A DNA stretch of 62,443 nucleotides, counting the filler, from a bacterium (GTDB taxonomy: Bacteria; UBA9089; CG2-30-40-21; SBAY01), in assembly GCA_040757115.1 (NCBI GenBank). It is 6 parts of 6 records of this genome, joined end to end, with 100 filler letters (N's around TTAATTAATTAA, not from the genome) between each part and the next. Parts side by side here need not be neighbours in the genome. Positions count along the whole stretch, not along the records: positions 21,179 to 31,616 come from JBFLYA010000134.1; positions 31,717 to 42,129 come from JBFLYA010000135.1; 4 more parts are not named here. One strand, given 5' to 3'. The notes under the pieces were generated by a model. It was not told the DNA's origin and searched no databases. It saw only the letters and a list, made by a program, of their open reading frames with translations. Shown here piece by piece: positions 23,013 to 32,456 of the stretch (positions are counted from its first letter, which is position 1; every line of letters starts with the position of its first letter). The position numbers were made by a program, and so were the translations under genes.

Positions 23013-24161
23013 TTGAAAATGAGAGGATATAAAATCTTTAGTTTAATCTTATCTTTTTTATTCTTAAGTTGTGTTCCGGCGTATACTGATGACATCAATA
23101 AGGAAAAAACCAAACTCTCTAATATTACAAAGGAAATTAAAAAAAAGAAATCTAAAATAAATTATCTCAGCGGACAGGAGAAAAATGCCGTTCATGAACT
23201 TGCGAAAGTAGAAATACAAATTAAAACCACCGCAGATAAAATAAATTTACTTGAAAAACAATTAACCGATGGTCAGAAAAATATTGCTCTCACGCAAAAA
23301 AGTGTTAACTTAACCAGTGCTCAGTTAAATAGAAGACAACAAATACTTCTTAAAAGACTTACCGCTATTTATAAATATAGAGGAGGGGATTTATTAGGGA
23401 ATTTACTGAATACCGATGATTTTACTGAGATTTCTAAACGGCTATATTTTATGTCACTGATTGCCCAGGCAGATACAGAATTAATCGAGGATATAAATAA
23501 TAAAAAGAACGCTTATCTACAGAAAAAAAGAATATTACAATCTCATCATAATAAGTTGTGTAAGATAGAAAAGTCTCAAGAAAATTTTTTGAATAAACAG
23601 GAAAGGCTGAAAAAAAATAGAAAGCGACTTTTGACTAAAATACAAGGTGAAAAATCCCTGTATCAACAACAAATATCTAAATTAGAAAGAGATTCATTAG
23701 AATTAAAACAATTAATAAAAAATTTAGAGATGAGGAAAACGCATGAAGGCAAACAAATTGTTCTTCGAGGAAAAGGAGATTTACCCTGGCCAGTAAAAAA
23801 CCGTAAACTTTATCGTGGCTATGGGAGTTATAAACATCCAAAATTTAATGCTCAGATAGTCAACAAAGGCATTGATATTTTAACTCCCCAGGGAGAAACA
23901 GTTTTTTCAGTAAAGGACGGTAAAGTGGTTTTTGCAAACTGGTTTAAAGGATATGGAATGTTGGTGATGATTGACCATGGTGAAGGGCTTTATAGCCTTT
24001 ATGCACATTTATCAAACATTTTGGTTGATGTTGGTAATAAGGTATCTAAAGGAAGTTCCATAGGTATAGTAGGTGGTCCTTTTGATAGTGAAGGATATAA
24101 TTTTCATTTTGAAATACGGGTTAACGGCGAACCAGACAACCCGTTAAACTGGCTTATGTAG
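23013..24161 (+). CDS. EnvC-like coiled-coil M23 protein (murein hydrolase activator)
   Basis: Signal peptide, coiled coil, degenerate M23 (NKGID, YAHL, FHFEIR); follows ftsEX. Confidence 0.85.
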   Translation: MKMRGYKIFSLILSFLFLSCVPAYTDDINKEKTKLSNITKEIKKKKSKINYLSGQEKNAVHELAKVEIQIKTTADKINLLEKQLTDGQKNIALTQKSVNLTSAQLNRRQQILLKRLTAIYKYRGGDLLGNLLNTDDFTEISKRLYFMSLIAQADTELIEDINNKKNAYLQKKRILQSHHNKLCKIEKSQENFLNKQERLKKNRKRLLTKIQGEKSLYQQQISKLERDSLELKQLIKNLEMRKTHEGKQIVLRGKGDLPWPVKNRKLYRGYGSYKHPKFNAQIVNKGIDILTPQGETVFSVKDGKVVFANWFKGYGMLVMIDHGEGLYSLYAHLSNILVDVGNKVSKGSSIGIVGGPFDSEGYNFHFEIRVNGEPDNPLNWLM

Positions 24162-24169
24162 GGTCACCT

Positions 24170-24613
24170 TAGGGTTCTGCAAAATAGGATTTGGGGGAGA
24201 CAATAAATAAATATTAAATACCAAATATAAATATCAAAATGCAAATTTACAAATCAAATTTCAAAAAGGACGGGGCGGTTCCTTTTATCGTTTTTCCTAT
24301 GATTTCTTTCGAATGTCACTTGTAAGCGTTCACAGAAAGTTGAAATTGGAAATTAGAAATTGGGCTTTTACTTCTTTCCCTAATTTCTAATTTCGAATTT
24401 CCAATTTTAACTTCATTTTCTAACCGCAGGCTTTCAAACAAAAGTGAACCGTCCCAAAAGGACTTCTATTTTAACGCTGAAAGGAAAGAGATAATTTTAC
24501 ATTTTGATATGTAATTTTTATATTTGCTTTTTGATCTTTGGAGAAAATTGATAAAAATAGAGGCTTTAAATACCTGCTTAAAAACTACAGTTTCTTAGTT
24601 TTGCAGAACTCTA
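24170..24613. mobile_element. TAGGGTTCTGCAAAA-shell element containing a nested insertion
   Basis: Same ends and body as the 8204 and 17538 copies. Confidence 0.82.
24272..24455. mobile_element. Nested GGGGCGGTTC...GAACCGTCCC element with 8-bp duplication AAAAGGAC
   Basis: AAAAGGAC at 24264-24271 and 24456-24463; single copy at the empty site in the 17538 element. Confidence 0.8.
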
Positions 24614-24633
24614 AAAATTTTAGTTGAAAGGAG

Positions 24634-25188
24634 ATGATAAAAATGACATTAGAAGAAGTATGGCAAAAGGCAGTTAAAGAAACTGAAATAGTCAGATACC
24701 GCATCAGTCAATTATTGACATTTAAACCCACTGATTTACCTTATATATTTTTAGCGGAGTCATCAGTGAACATTGGTGATACAGTTGTTCGGAAGGGAAA
24801 GGTTTTAGTCAATGAAGCCTCGATTATACTTCCGCGAAATTTTCCACAATTTGAAGGATTTAACTTTACAGAATCCTATCAGGTAAATGAAGATATAATC
24901 AGGTCTTTTTTGTTAGTCAGGGGTGTAACCTTTCCTTCTTTTAAATATAGTAATGAAACCTATTCTCTCAATATCTATGAAGATTCTCTCGAGAAGGCAA
25001 TAAGACATTTTAAAGAAGAATTAGAAAGGATTGAGGATGTTCAGTCAGGATTGATTGTAGGACCGGAAGATTGCTGGCAGTTTTCAGTCCTTTTCTTTGT
25101 TCTTAATATGGTTTCCAGAAACGCTCCAAATGATTTAAAAAGATTATTAAAGGATTTTAATGAAAGAGGAAATTTATTCCTTGATTAA
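24634..25188 (+). CDS. Hypothetical protein
   Basis: 184-aa ORF with an upstream AG-rich RBS; no motif recognised. Confidence 0.7.
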   Translation: MIKMTLEEVWQKAVKETEIVRYRISQLLTFKPTDLPYIFLAESSVNIGDTVVRKGKVLVNEASIILPRNFPQFEGFNFTESYQVNEDIIRSFLLVRGVTFPSFKYSNETYSLNIYEDSLEKAIRHFKEELERIEDVQSGLIVGPEDCWQFSVLFFVLNMVSRNAPNDLKRLLKDFNERGNLFLD

Positions 25189-25209
25189 AATAAAAAATTG
25201 TGGTATAAT
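25181..25209 (+). promoter_or_regulatory. Sigma70 promoter with extended -10
   Basis: TTGATT-17 nt-TATAAT preceded by TGG. Confidence 0.6.
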
Positions 25210-25215
25210 TTATTA

Positions 25216-26100
25216 ATGATGATAAAAGAATTTATTCAGACAATGAGGCCAGGACAGGTGACAAAAAATTTACTTGTTTTTGCCGCAATTATCTTTGCCC
25301 AGAAATTATGTAGTCTTGAGGCAATATTGGAAACGGTTTTTGCCTTTATTTGTTTTTGTATCATTTCAGGATGTGGCTATGTATTCAATGATATCTTAGA
25401 TTTAAAACAAGATAGAATTCATCCAAAGAAAAAAAATCGACCAATTGCCTCCGGGAAACTAAAAATTCTTCCATCTTTAACACTATCAATAGGATTAATA
25501 ATTATTGTTTTAGTCTTATCTTTTTTAATAAGATACCAATTTGGTTTTGTTATTACAGGATATGTACTTTTAACTATATTTTATTCTTTGTGGTTAAAAA
25601 ACATAGTTATTTTAGATGTTTTAGCCTTATCGGCAGGGTTTGTATTTCGTGTTGTTGGAGGAGCAGTGGTTATCCCGGTTGTAATTTCACCATGGTTAGT
25701 AGGATGCACAATGCTGTTAGCCCTGTTTTTGAGTCTGGGCAAAAGAAGACATGAATTGATTCTTTTAAACTCATCTGCCGCCTCTCATAGACCTATTTTA
25801 AAAGAATATACCCCGGCATTTATTGATGAAATGATTGCTGCGGTCACGGGCTCAATATTAATTGCCTATTCTTTCTATGCGTTTTCACCTGAGGTTCAGA
25901 AAAAACTTAATGCTCCATATTTACCCCTGACCATTATTTTCGTCCTTTATGGAATTTTCCGCTATCTTTATCTGGTACATCAGAAAAGTGCAGGTGGTAA
26001 TCCAGATGTTGATATTATAAAAGATAAACCACTGCTTCTAAATATCCTATTATGGATAATTGCGGTGATAGTTATTATCTATTGGAAACCAATGGGGTAA
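25216..26100 (+). CDS. UbiA-family polyprenyl-phosphate phosphoribosyltransferase
   Basis: MRP.Q..KNL, ND..D...DR.HP.K..RPIASG, KRRHEL. Confidence 0.85.
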   Translation: MMIKEFIQTMRPGQVTKNLLVFAAIIFAQKLCSLEAILETVFAFICFCIISGCGYVFNDILDLKQDRIHPKKKNRPIASGKLKILPSLTLSIGLIIIVLVLSFLIRYQFGFVITGYVLLTIFYSLWLKNIVILDVLALSAGFVFRVVGGAVVIPVVISPWLVGCTMLLALFLSLGKRRHELILLNSSAASHRPILKEYTPAFIDEMIAAVTGSILIAYSFYAFSPEVQKKLNAPYLPLTIIFVLYGIFRYLYLVHQKSAGGNPDVDIIKDKPLLLNILLWIIAVIVIIYWKPMG

Positions 26101-26212
26101 TTCCAGGAAGACTCTCGGATAAAAAATGGGTAACTGTTCAGCCACTGATTAACACAGATTGACATGGATAAAATAGAAGGGGTTTAAAATCCAAAATACA
26201 AGGAGGATAACG

Positions 26213-26551
26213 ATGCGGTTTTTTATAGCAGTTCTGATGTGTATTTGTGTAGGAGTAGGAGGACAATTATTGTTAAAAACAGGTGTTTCGCAAGCGGAGA
26301 TAGGTAATTATTTTCAAATGCTAACCCATCCTGCGGTTATCATAGGTGGTTTTCTTTATATCGGAAGCTCTTTCTTATGGCTTTTATTGCTTCAAAGAGC
26401 ACACCTGAGTTACTTATACCCACTGATTAGTGTCTCGTATGTTCTGGTAGTAATTGCTTCTTGCCTTTTATTTCAGGAAATAGTATCCCCTATTAGATGG
26501 ATAGGGGTAGGAGTAATTTGTGTGGGAGTAACTTTAGTCTCACAGAGTTAG
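26213..26551 (+). CDS. SMR/EamA-type small transporter (ArnE/ArnF-like)
   Basis: 4 TM, GQLLLK, LSYLYP. Confidence 0.8.
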   Translation: MRFFIAVLMCICVGVGGQLLLKTGVSQAEIGNYFQMLTHPAVIIGGFLYIGSSFLWLLLLQRAHLSYLYPLISVSYVLVVIASCLLFQEIVSPIRWIGVGVICVGVTLVSQS

Positions 26552-26553
26552 TG

Positions 26554-26663
26554 ATTGGTAACTGGTAATTGGTAACTGGTAATTAAATACCATCCGGCTG
26601 AACTCACGACGAAGATATTTAACCAATTACCAGTTACCGGTTACCAGTTACCAATTACCAGTT
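26554..26663. repeat. Inverted TGGTAAC/GTTACCA heptamer arms; shorter relatives at about 22948-22995 and 13306-13344
   Basis: Tandem heptamers in opposite orientation around a short core. Confidence 0.75.
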
Positions 26664-26679
26664 AATAAGGAGGAAAATT

Positions 26680-27030
26680 ATGCCAATATTATTAGCTATT
26701 TTTATCTGTGTTGCGATTGTGGTTACAGGACAGTTGTTGTTAAAAACAGGTGTAGGTAAGCCTTCGGGTAAGCCTATTCCATTAGAATTAATCCGGATAT
26801 TTACTCTGCCCAGAGTAATCTTTGGATTTGCACTTTATATATTTAGTGCAATGCTCTGGCTGTGGATTTTACAAAATGTCCCTTTGAGTTTTGCTTACCC
26901 GATGTTAAGTCTGGCTTATGTCTTGATAGTCTTCTCATCTAAATTCATTCTCAAAGAACATGTGCCTTTGATAAGATGGATAGGTGTAGTAGTTATCTGC
27001 ATTGGTATATTTTTAATTTCACAAAGTTAG
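26680..27030 (+). CDS. SMR/EamA-type small transporter (ArnE/ArnF-like), paralogue
   Basis: 4 TM, GQLLLK, LSFAYP. Confidence 0.8.
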   Translation: MPILLAIFICVAIVVTGQLLLKTGVGKPSGKPIPLELIRIFTLPRVIFGFALYIFSAMLWLWILQNVPLSFAYPMLSLAYVLIVFSSKFILKEHVPLIRWIGVVVICIGIFLISQS

Positions 27031-27054
27031 GAAATTTTCATCAAGGTTTAAAAT

Positions 27055-27810
27055 ATGGTTACTTTAAAGCAAATATGCCAATTTCTTGAGACAGAGTTAA
27101 ATATAGCCCAGGTTAAAGATGAGGCGATAAATGGCTTACAAGTTGAAGGAAAAAAGACAATTGAGAAAATAGCCTGTGCTGTTGATGCCTCATTAGAAAC
27201 TTTTTATGAGGCAAAAAAACAAAATGTAGATATGATTATTGTTCATCATGGTCTATTTTGGGGAACACCTCAACCTTTAACCGGTACCCTTTATAAACGA
27301 TTAGAGGTGTTGTTTAAAAATGATATTTCGCTCTATGCTGTGCATTTGCCTTTAGACCTTCATCCAACACTTGGCAATAATGCTCAATTAATGAATTTAT
27401 TTGTCCACAAAACATCACAACCTTTTGGGAAATATCATGAAGTACCAATTGGGTATTTAGGCAACTTAAAAAAAGGAATTGATTTATTAGATGTTAAACA
27501 AATACTTGAGCAAAGGCTGAATACTATTTGTCGATTATTAGATTTTGGTAGACAAAAGATTAAAACCATAGCCATAGTCTCGGGTGGTGGCTCGGATATG
27601 GTTAAAGAGGCGATAGAAAAAGAGGTAGATTTATTTATTACTGGCGAATCAAAATTATTTACATATCATTTAGCCAGGGAATCAAAAATCAATATTATCT
27701 TTGCTGGTCATTATGCCACTGAGACATTAGGAGTTAAGGCATTGGCAGAGGTTTTAGCCCAAAAATTTCAAATAGAATGTCCTTTTATTGATATTCCAAC
27801 AGGACTTTAA
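27055..27810 (+). CDS. Nif3-like dinuclear metal-centre protein
   Basis: NGLQVEG, VHHGLFW, HLPLDLH, GHYATE. Confidence 0.92.
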   Translation: MVTLKQICQFLETELNIAQVKDEAINGLQVEGKKTIEKIACAVDASLETFYEAKKQNVDMIIVHHGLFWGTPQPLTGTLYKRLEVLFKNDISLYAVHLPLDLHPTLGNNAQLMNLFVHKTSQPFGKYHEVPIGYLGNLKKGIDLLDVKQILEQRLNTICRLLDFGRQKIKTIAIVSGGGSDMVKEAIEKEVDLFITGESKLFTYHLARESKINIIFAGHYATETLGVKALAEVLAQKFQIECPFIDIPTGL

Positions 27811-27822
27811 AAAGGAGGAAAA

Positions 27823-28896
27823 ATGAAAGATTTATTAAAAAAAATTACAGATGTCCCTAAAGTATCAGGAAGTGAAGATGAAATCAGGAATATTATCGTT
27901 AACGAGATAAAAGAGTATGTTGATACAATTGAGATTGATAAATTCGGTAATATTATATCAATCATAAAAGGAGATAAAAAACCAAAAGTAATGTTAGCGG
28001 CTCATATGGATGAAATTGGATTAATGGTAAAATTTATAGATGAAAAAGGGTTTATCCGATTTATTCCAATTGGTGGGATTAATGATCAAATGTTACTTAA
28101 TCAAAGAATAACTATTAAAACCTTAAAAGGGTATATTCCTGGAGTAATAGGTTCGAGGCCTCCACATTTAATGGATGAAGAAGAAAAAAAGAAATTAATA
28201 ACTTATGATAAGATGTATATTGATGTCGGAGCAAAAAATTATGATGATGTTCTAAAAATGGGTATTCAAAAAGGTGATTCAATCTTTTTTACGCGTATAT
28301 TTACTGAATTAGCCAATAACAATATCTCGGCTATGTCACTTGATAATAGTGTAGGGTGTACTATTCTTATAAGTCTGATAAAAAATTTAAAAAAAGTCCC
28401 GGCTGAATTATATATTGTTTTCACTACCCAGGAAGAGGTTGGTTTAAAAGGAGCTACTGTCTGTAGTTACAGTATTAATCCAGATGTTGCCTTAGCCGTA
28501 GATATTGAGATTGCAGGTGACTACCCGGAGATAAAAAAAGAAGAAGCAGACAGTGAAATAGGTAAAGGGACTTCATTTGTAATGTCTGATGCTTTAGGTA
28601 GGGGATTAATTATTCATCCTCAAGTTAAAAAATGGTTACTTGATACTGCTAAAGATTTGAATATTCCCTATCAACTACATGTTGGTGGAAAAGGTGGGAC
28701 AACTGATGCCTCAAGCATTCGCTTAGCCAGAGAAGGAATTCCAACAGGGGCGGTTTCTGTTCCAATACGCTATGCTCATACTCCTATTGAAGTTGTTAAT
28801 TTAATAGATATGGAAAACACGATGACTTTTCTAAAATTTGCTATAGAAAAGGTAAATAAATATTTTCCAGCTGTGCAATTAGAAATAAAAGGATAA
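27823..28896 (+). CDS. M42-family metallopeptidase
   Basis: AAHMDEIG, DN, QEEVGLKGA, GTTDA, RYAHTP. Confidence 0.92.
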   Translation: MKDLLKKITDVPKVSGSEDEIRNIIVNEIKEYVDTIEIDKFGNIISIIKGDKKPKVMLAAHMDEIGLMVKFIDEKGFIRFIPIGGINDQMLLNQRITIKTLKGYIPGVIGSRPPHLMDEEEKKKLITYDKMYIDVGAKNYDDVLKMGIQKGDSIFFTRIFTELANNNISAMSLDNSVGCTILISLIKNLKKVPAELYIVFTTQEEVGLKGATVCSYSINPDVALAVDIEIAGDYPEIKKEEADSEIGKGTSFVMSDALGRGLIIHPQVKKWLLDTAKDLNIPYQLHVGGKGGTTDASSIRLAREGIPTGAVSVPIRYAHTPIEVVNLIDMENTMTFLKFAIEKVNKYFPAVQLEIKG

Positions 28897-28902
28897 TTGA
28901 TT

Positions 28903-29060
28903 GTAAGCGTTCAGCCATCAGGTATCAGCAATCAGTTAACATCCAGGAAATCAGGATAGTAACCAATCCTACAATTTTGCGTAAAGGGTGTCTATGTGTC
29001 TGGTAGTCTATGTAACCCAGACACTTAGACACCCAGATACCAGACTACCTGAACGGTTAC
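28903..29060. mobile_element. GTAA-shell element with 8-bp duplication AATTGATT
   Basis: GTAAGCGTTCAG / CTGAACGGTTAC; AATTGATT at 28895-28902 and 29061-29068. Confidence 0.85.
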
Positions 29061-29248
29061 AATTGATTAAACAGATTACATTTTTTATTGTAAGCGGATT
29101 GAGCGGATTTTTTTTATTTCTTTTTCCGCTAAATCCGTTAAATCCGCTTACTAAATCCACCCGCTTACTATTAAAAATCTGCTTACTTAATTTTCTACCT
29201 GCACAGGTCAAACAAGTTACTACTCATCAACTTATTTTCCTTGTTAAC

Positions 29249-30250
29249 CTATTTCCTATTAAATTGCAATTGATATTTTAACACGGCCTCATTATGTTCT
29301 TTAAGTGTTGTTGAGAACTTATGCATGCCGTTGTTCATCGAGACAAAATATAAATAATCTACTCTGGCTGGATACAAAGCAGATTTAATCGCAGATAATC
29401 CTGGATTTGCAATGGGACCCGGCGGCAATCCCTTATATCGGTAAGTATTGTAAGGTGAATCAATTTTCAGATCTTCTTTCTTCAAATTTCCATTAAAACG
29501 CTCCCCAAGGGCATAAATTACTGTTGGGTCACTCTTAAGTGGCATCCCTGTTTTTAAACGATTATGAAAGACAGCAGAAATAAGATGTCTTTCAGATACA
29601 GCCTTTGTTTCCTTTTCGATAATCGAGGCTAAAGTAAGCACTCGATGAAAAGAAAGACCAATTTGACTTGCCTGGTCTTTATCTTCAGAGGTAATTACTT
29701 TATTCAATTGGGAAACCATCAATCTGATTATCTCCTCTTCAGTAGTTCCTTTAAGGATATAATATGTTTCCGGGAACAAGTAACCTTCCAAACTTTGGGC
29801 ATAAATGCCTAAGTTAAAAATAAACTTTTCATCTTTAGTTATCTGAATAAATCTTTCTCTATTGACAAAGCCTTTTTTTGCCAAAAGGTCAGCTATCTGA
29901 AAGATATTGTATCCCTCAGGGACGGCGAAGCAGGTTTTAAGGCAGTCGCCACGAACTAATTTTGAGATAATCTCAGGCATATTCATCGCCGGTGTAAGTT
30001 CATATTCTCCTGCCTTAATCTTATCCGCGAATTTTATTACCCTTATTAGCCACTCAAAGACAAGGGCATCACGAATTACCCCTTCTGCCCTTAGAACTTT
30101 AGTAATCTCCTTTAATCCTATACCCTTACGAATATTAACTGTTTTAATTACAGAAGAAGATTTATTTACCGGGACATAAATCTGGTAGAAAACTATTATT
30201 GGAAGAACCAAAATTATAGTAAGAATAAACAATAATATTTTTTTAATCAT
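29249..30250 (-). CDS. mltG: Endolytic transglycosylase MltG
   Basis: LEGYLFPETY, ASIIEKE, DPTV.Y, SPYNTY..GLPPGPI; start reset to MIKKILL. Confidence 0.95.
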   Translation of the reverse strand: MIKKILLFILTIILVLPIIVFYQIYVPVNKSSSVIKTVNIRKGIGLKEITKVLRAEGVIRDALVFEWLIRVIKFADKIKAGEYELTPAMNMPEIISKLVRGDCLKTCFAVPEGYNIFQIADLLAKKGFVNRERFIQITKDEKFIFNLGIYAQSLEGYLFPETYYILKGTTEEEIIRLMVSQLNKVITSEDKDQASQIGLSFHRVLTLASIIEKETKAVSERHLISAVFHNRLKTGMPLKSDPTVIYALGERFNGNLKKEDLKIDSPYNTYRYKGLPPGPIANPGLSAIKSALYPARVDYLYFVSMNNGMHKFSTTLKEHNEAVLKYQLQFNRK

Positions 30251-30255
30251 TGGTA

Positions 30256-30525
30256 TCTCCTGAAAATAAGGAAGTAGAAAGTAGAGAGTAGAAAGTAAAG
30301 AAAACATCACTCCTCACGCCTATTTCCTACCACTATTTTCATCCTCCTTTGTGCCCACTCCCTGTGGGCATGAGCGTTTCTCCTGAAAATAGTTAATTAG
30401 AGATTAGAGAATTAGTGAATTAGAACCTGCAGTCTTGCTAATCTCTAATCTCCAATCTCTAATCTCTATGCCCGATTTTCATCCTCCTTTGTGCCCACTC
30501 CCTCTGGGCATGAGCGTTTCTCCTG
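30256..30525 (-). mobile_element. Two tandem TGAAAAT cassettes with a repeated hairpin linker at the mltG RBS
   Basis: Near-identical linkers 30335-30390 and 30475-30525; CAGGAGA recurs three times on the minus strand. Confidence 0.7.
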
Positions 30526-30536
30526 CAAAAGGTTTT

Positions 30537-30893
30537 TCAGGATTTCTTCTGGTCAGATTTTTCTTCTGGTTGTTTTGAGGCAATAGCGGATTTTAACATC
30601 TCTATTTTCAGGTCTTTATCGCCTATGCGTAAAATAATAGTATTGTCTTTGATATCAAATATTGTGCCCAAAATTCCACTTGAGGAAATTACCTTATCCC
30701 CTTTTTTTAAATTAGCCAACATTTCCTGGTGTGCTTTTTTTTCCTTTTGTTGTGGTCGGATAAGCAAAAACCAGAATATACCAAAGATGAGAATAAGCGG
30801 GAGAAAGGAAGATATAGCACCAGCTGTTGAAGGAGGTGTTGTTACCTCTGGTGATGCCTGAGCCGCTAATAAAAAATTTACTACTAAATTCAT
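30537..30893 (-). CDS. yajC: Preprotein translocase subunit YajC
   Basis: FLLIRPQQK, LKKGDKV...GILG. Confidence 0.93.
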   Translation of the reverse strand: MNLVVNFLLAAQASPEVTTPPSTAGAISSFLPLILIFGIFWFLLIRPQQKEKKAHQEMLANLKKGDKVISSSGILGTIFDIKDNTIILRIGDKDLKIEMLKSAIASKQPEEKSDQKKS

Positions 30894-31148
30894 CTTAATA
30901 CTTGTCTCCTTTCTTTTGGTAAGAACAGCCTTTCACGAAATTCATAGCTCCTTGATTAACAAGAAGTTACAAATACGCTTTTTTCTTATTGCCCTCCTAC
31001 TATATAACTCCTTGATTTCAAAAGAGTTGCAAATGTCAATTTCTTGCTTTTTTTTGATTTTCACCCCTTTTAAATAGGGGTGGAGGGCAATTTTACTTTT
31101 TTCCCTCTACCCACAGGGGGCTACACTTACCCCGGGTTTGCAGGCAAT

Positions 31149-31616
31149 TCCCCCTTAATAAAGGGGGTTAGGGGGTTGTAATTGTTCAATCCATCCTTCA
31201 ATTGCCCTTAAAACATTGTCTATATCTTTCTTTACATCACTATCATTGAATCTTATGAGAGTTAAACCCATAGACTTTAATTTCCATCCCCCTTAATAAA
31301 GGGGGCATAGGGGGTTGTTTCTTTCCATATCGTACTCAAATCTACTCTCGTTGTGGGTTTCTCCATCAATTTCAATTACCAGTTTTAGTCTACTACAATA
31401 AAAATCAACAATATACTCCCCAATAGGCTTTTGTCTCATAAACTGATAGCCATTCATCTTTCTGCTTCTCAAATACTTCCAAAGCAATACTTCGGATAAA
31501 ACCCCTTGCTTTCTAAGTTCTCTGGCGTAAGTTTTCAATTTCGGATTGTAATGAATCTTCTTACTTACAACCCCCTAACCCCCTTTATATACTTACAACC
31601 CCCTAACCCCCTTTAT
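31149..31616. repeat. REP-like CAACCCCCTAACCCCCTTTATTAAGGGGG copies flanking and interrupting the DUF559 gene; also at about 260-290 and 44912-44944
   Basis: Copies at 31149-31179 and 31288-31318 (minus), 31567-31616 (plus, partial). Confidence 0.8.
31155..31562 (-). pseudogene. DUF559 (Vsr-like) endonuclease interrupted by a REP copy
   Basis: KIHYNPKLKTYARELRK...IVDFYC...IEIDGETH, stop inside the REP, then resumes WKLKSMGLTLIRFND...IEGWI. Confidence 0.85.
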
Positions 31617-31716
31617 NNNNNNNNNNNNNNNNNNNNNNNNNNNNNNNNNNNNNNNNNNNNTTAATTAATTAANNNNNNNNNNNNNNNNNNNNNNNNNNNN
31701 NNNNNNNNNNNNNNNN
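31617..31716. other. Artificial contig linker
   Basis: N44-TTAATTAATTAA-N44. Confidence 0.98.
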
Positions 31717-31872
31717 TTAGAGATTAGATTTTACTAATTCGCTAATTCGCTTAATTCACTAATTCACTAAATGGAATTTGGAATTTGTGATTTGGAATTT
31801 CATAGCCATATCTATGTCAAATTTCGATTAATAAGTGCTATATTTACTGACTATTTCTATAGGAATCGGGTG

Positions 31873-32406
31873 ATGATGAACAATAACCTATTAACAACCA
31901 TAGAAAAAGAATCAGGCCAAAATGTGAATCTATGCTATCAGTGTAAAAAATGCACCTGTGGCTGTCCGATGCTTCCGGAAATGGATTTGACCCCCACCCA
32001 GATTATCCACGCCTTAGTTTTGGGAATGAATGACTTAGTCTTAAAAAGTAAGACTATCTGGTTGTGTGCTTCTTGCGAGACCTGTATCACCCGCTGTCCA
32101 CAACAGGTTGACCTGCCTAAAGTTATGGATGCCTTAAGAATGGTAGCTATGAAACAACGAATAAAGCCTGCTCTCCCCGAAATCCCCTTTTTCTATAATT
32201 GCTTTATTAAATCTGTGCGGTTGTTTGGGACAAGTTTTGAATTGGCTCTGGGTGGGATAGTAAAACTAAAGACAAAGGGGATTCAAAAGGAATTGCCACT
32301 GACCATTGAACTCTTAAAAAGAGGGAAATTGAACCTTTTCCCATCAATAAGGGAAGTTTTGGGGATTAATAAAATATTTAGCAGGACAAAGAAGGCCGAA
32401 GGTTGA
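31873..32406 (+). CDS. hdrC: Heterodisulfide reductase subunit C-like
   Basis: CYQCKKCTCGCP and WLCASCETCITRCP; the upstream ORF extension is repeat-derived. Confidence 0.88.
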   Translation: MMNNNLLTTIEKESGQNVNLCYQCKKCTCGCPMLPEMDLTPTQIIHALVLGMNDLVLKSKTIWLCASCETCITRCPQQVDLPKVMDALRMVAMKQRIKPALPEIPFFYNCFIKSVRLFGTSFELALGGIVKLKTKGIQKELPLTIELLKRGKLNLFPSIREVLGINKIFSRTKKAEG

Positions 32407-32456
32407 AGGGAAAAGGTATTAATCTTTTGCTTTTGAGGGAATAAGGAGATGCCTGT

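Noticed and set aside
30335-30525. Repeat-spacer-repeat pattern as a CRISPR array
   Set aside because: Only two units of about 51-56 bp, spacers are themselves repeats found elsewhere, and no cas genes.
30945-31032. Two CTCCTTGATT..AA.AGTT imperfect palindromes upstream of yajC
   Set aside because: Could be operator or recombination sites, but there is no supporting context.
31771-31872. N-terminal extensions in the ORF track for hdrC (also mltG, ligA, ubiE, hicB, hdrA, UbiA)
   Set aside because: They run through repeats, promoter boxes or upstream genes; starts were reset.
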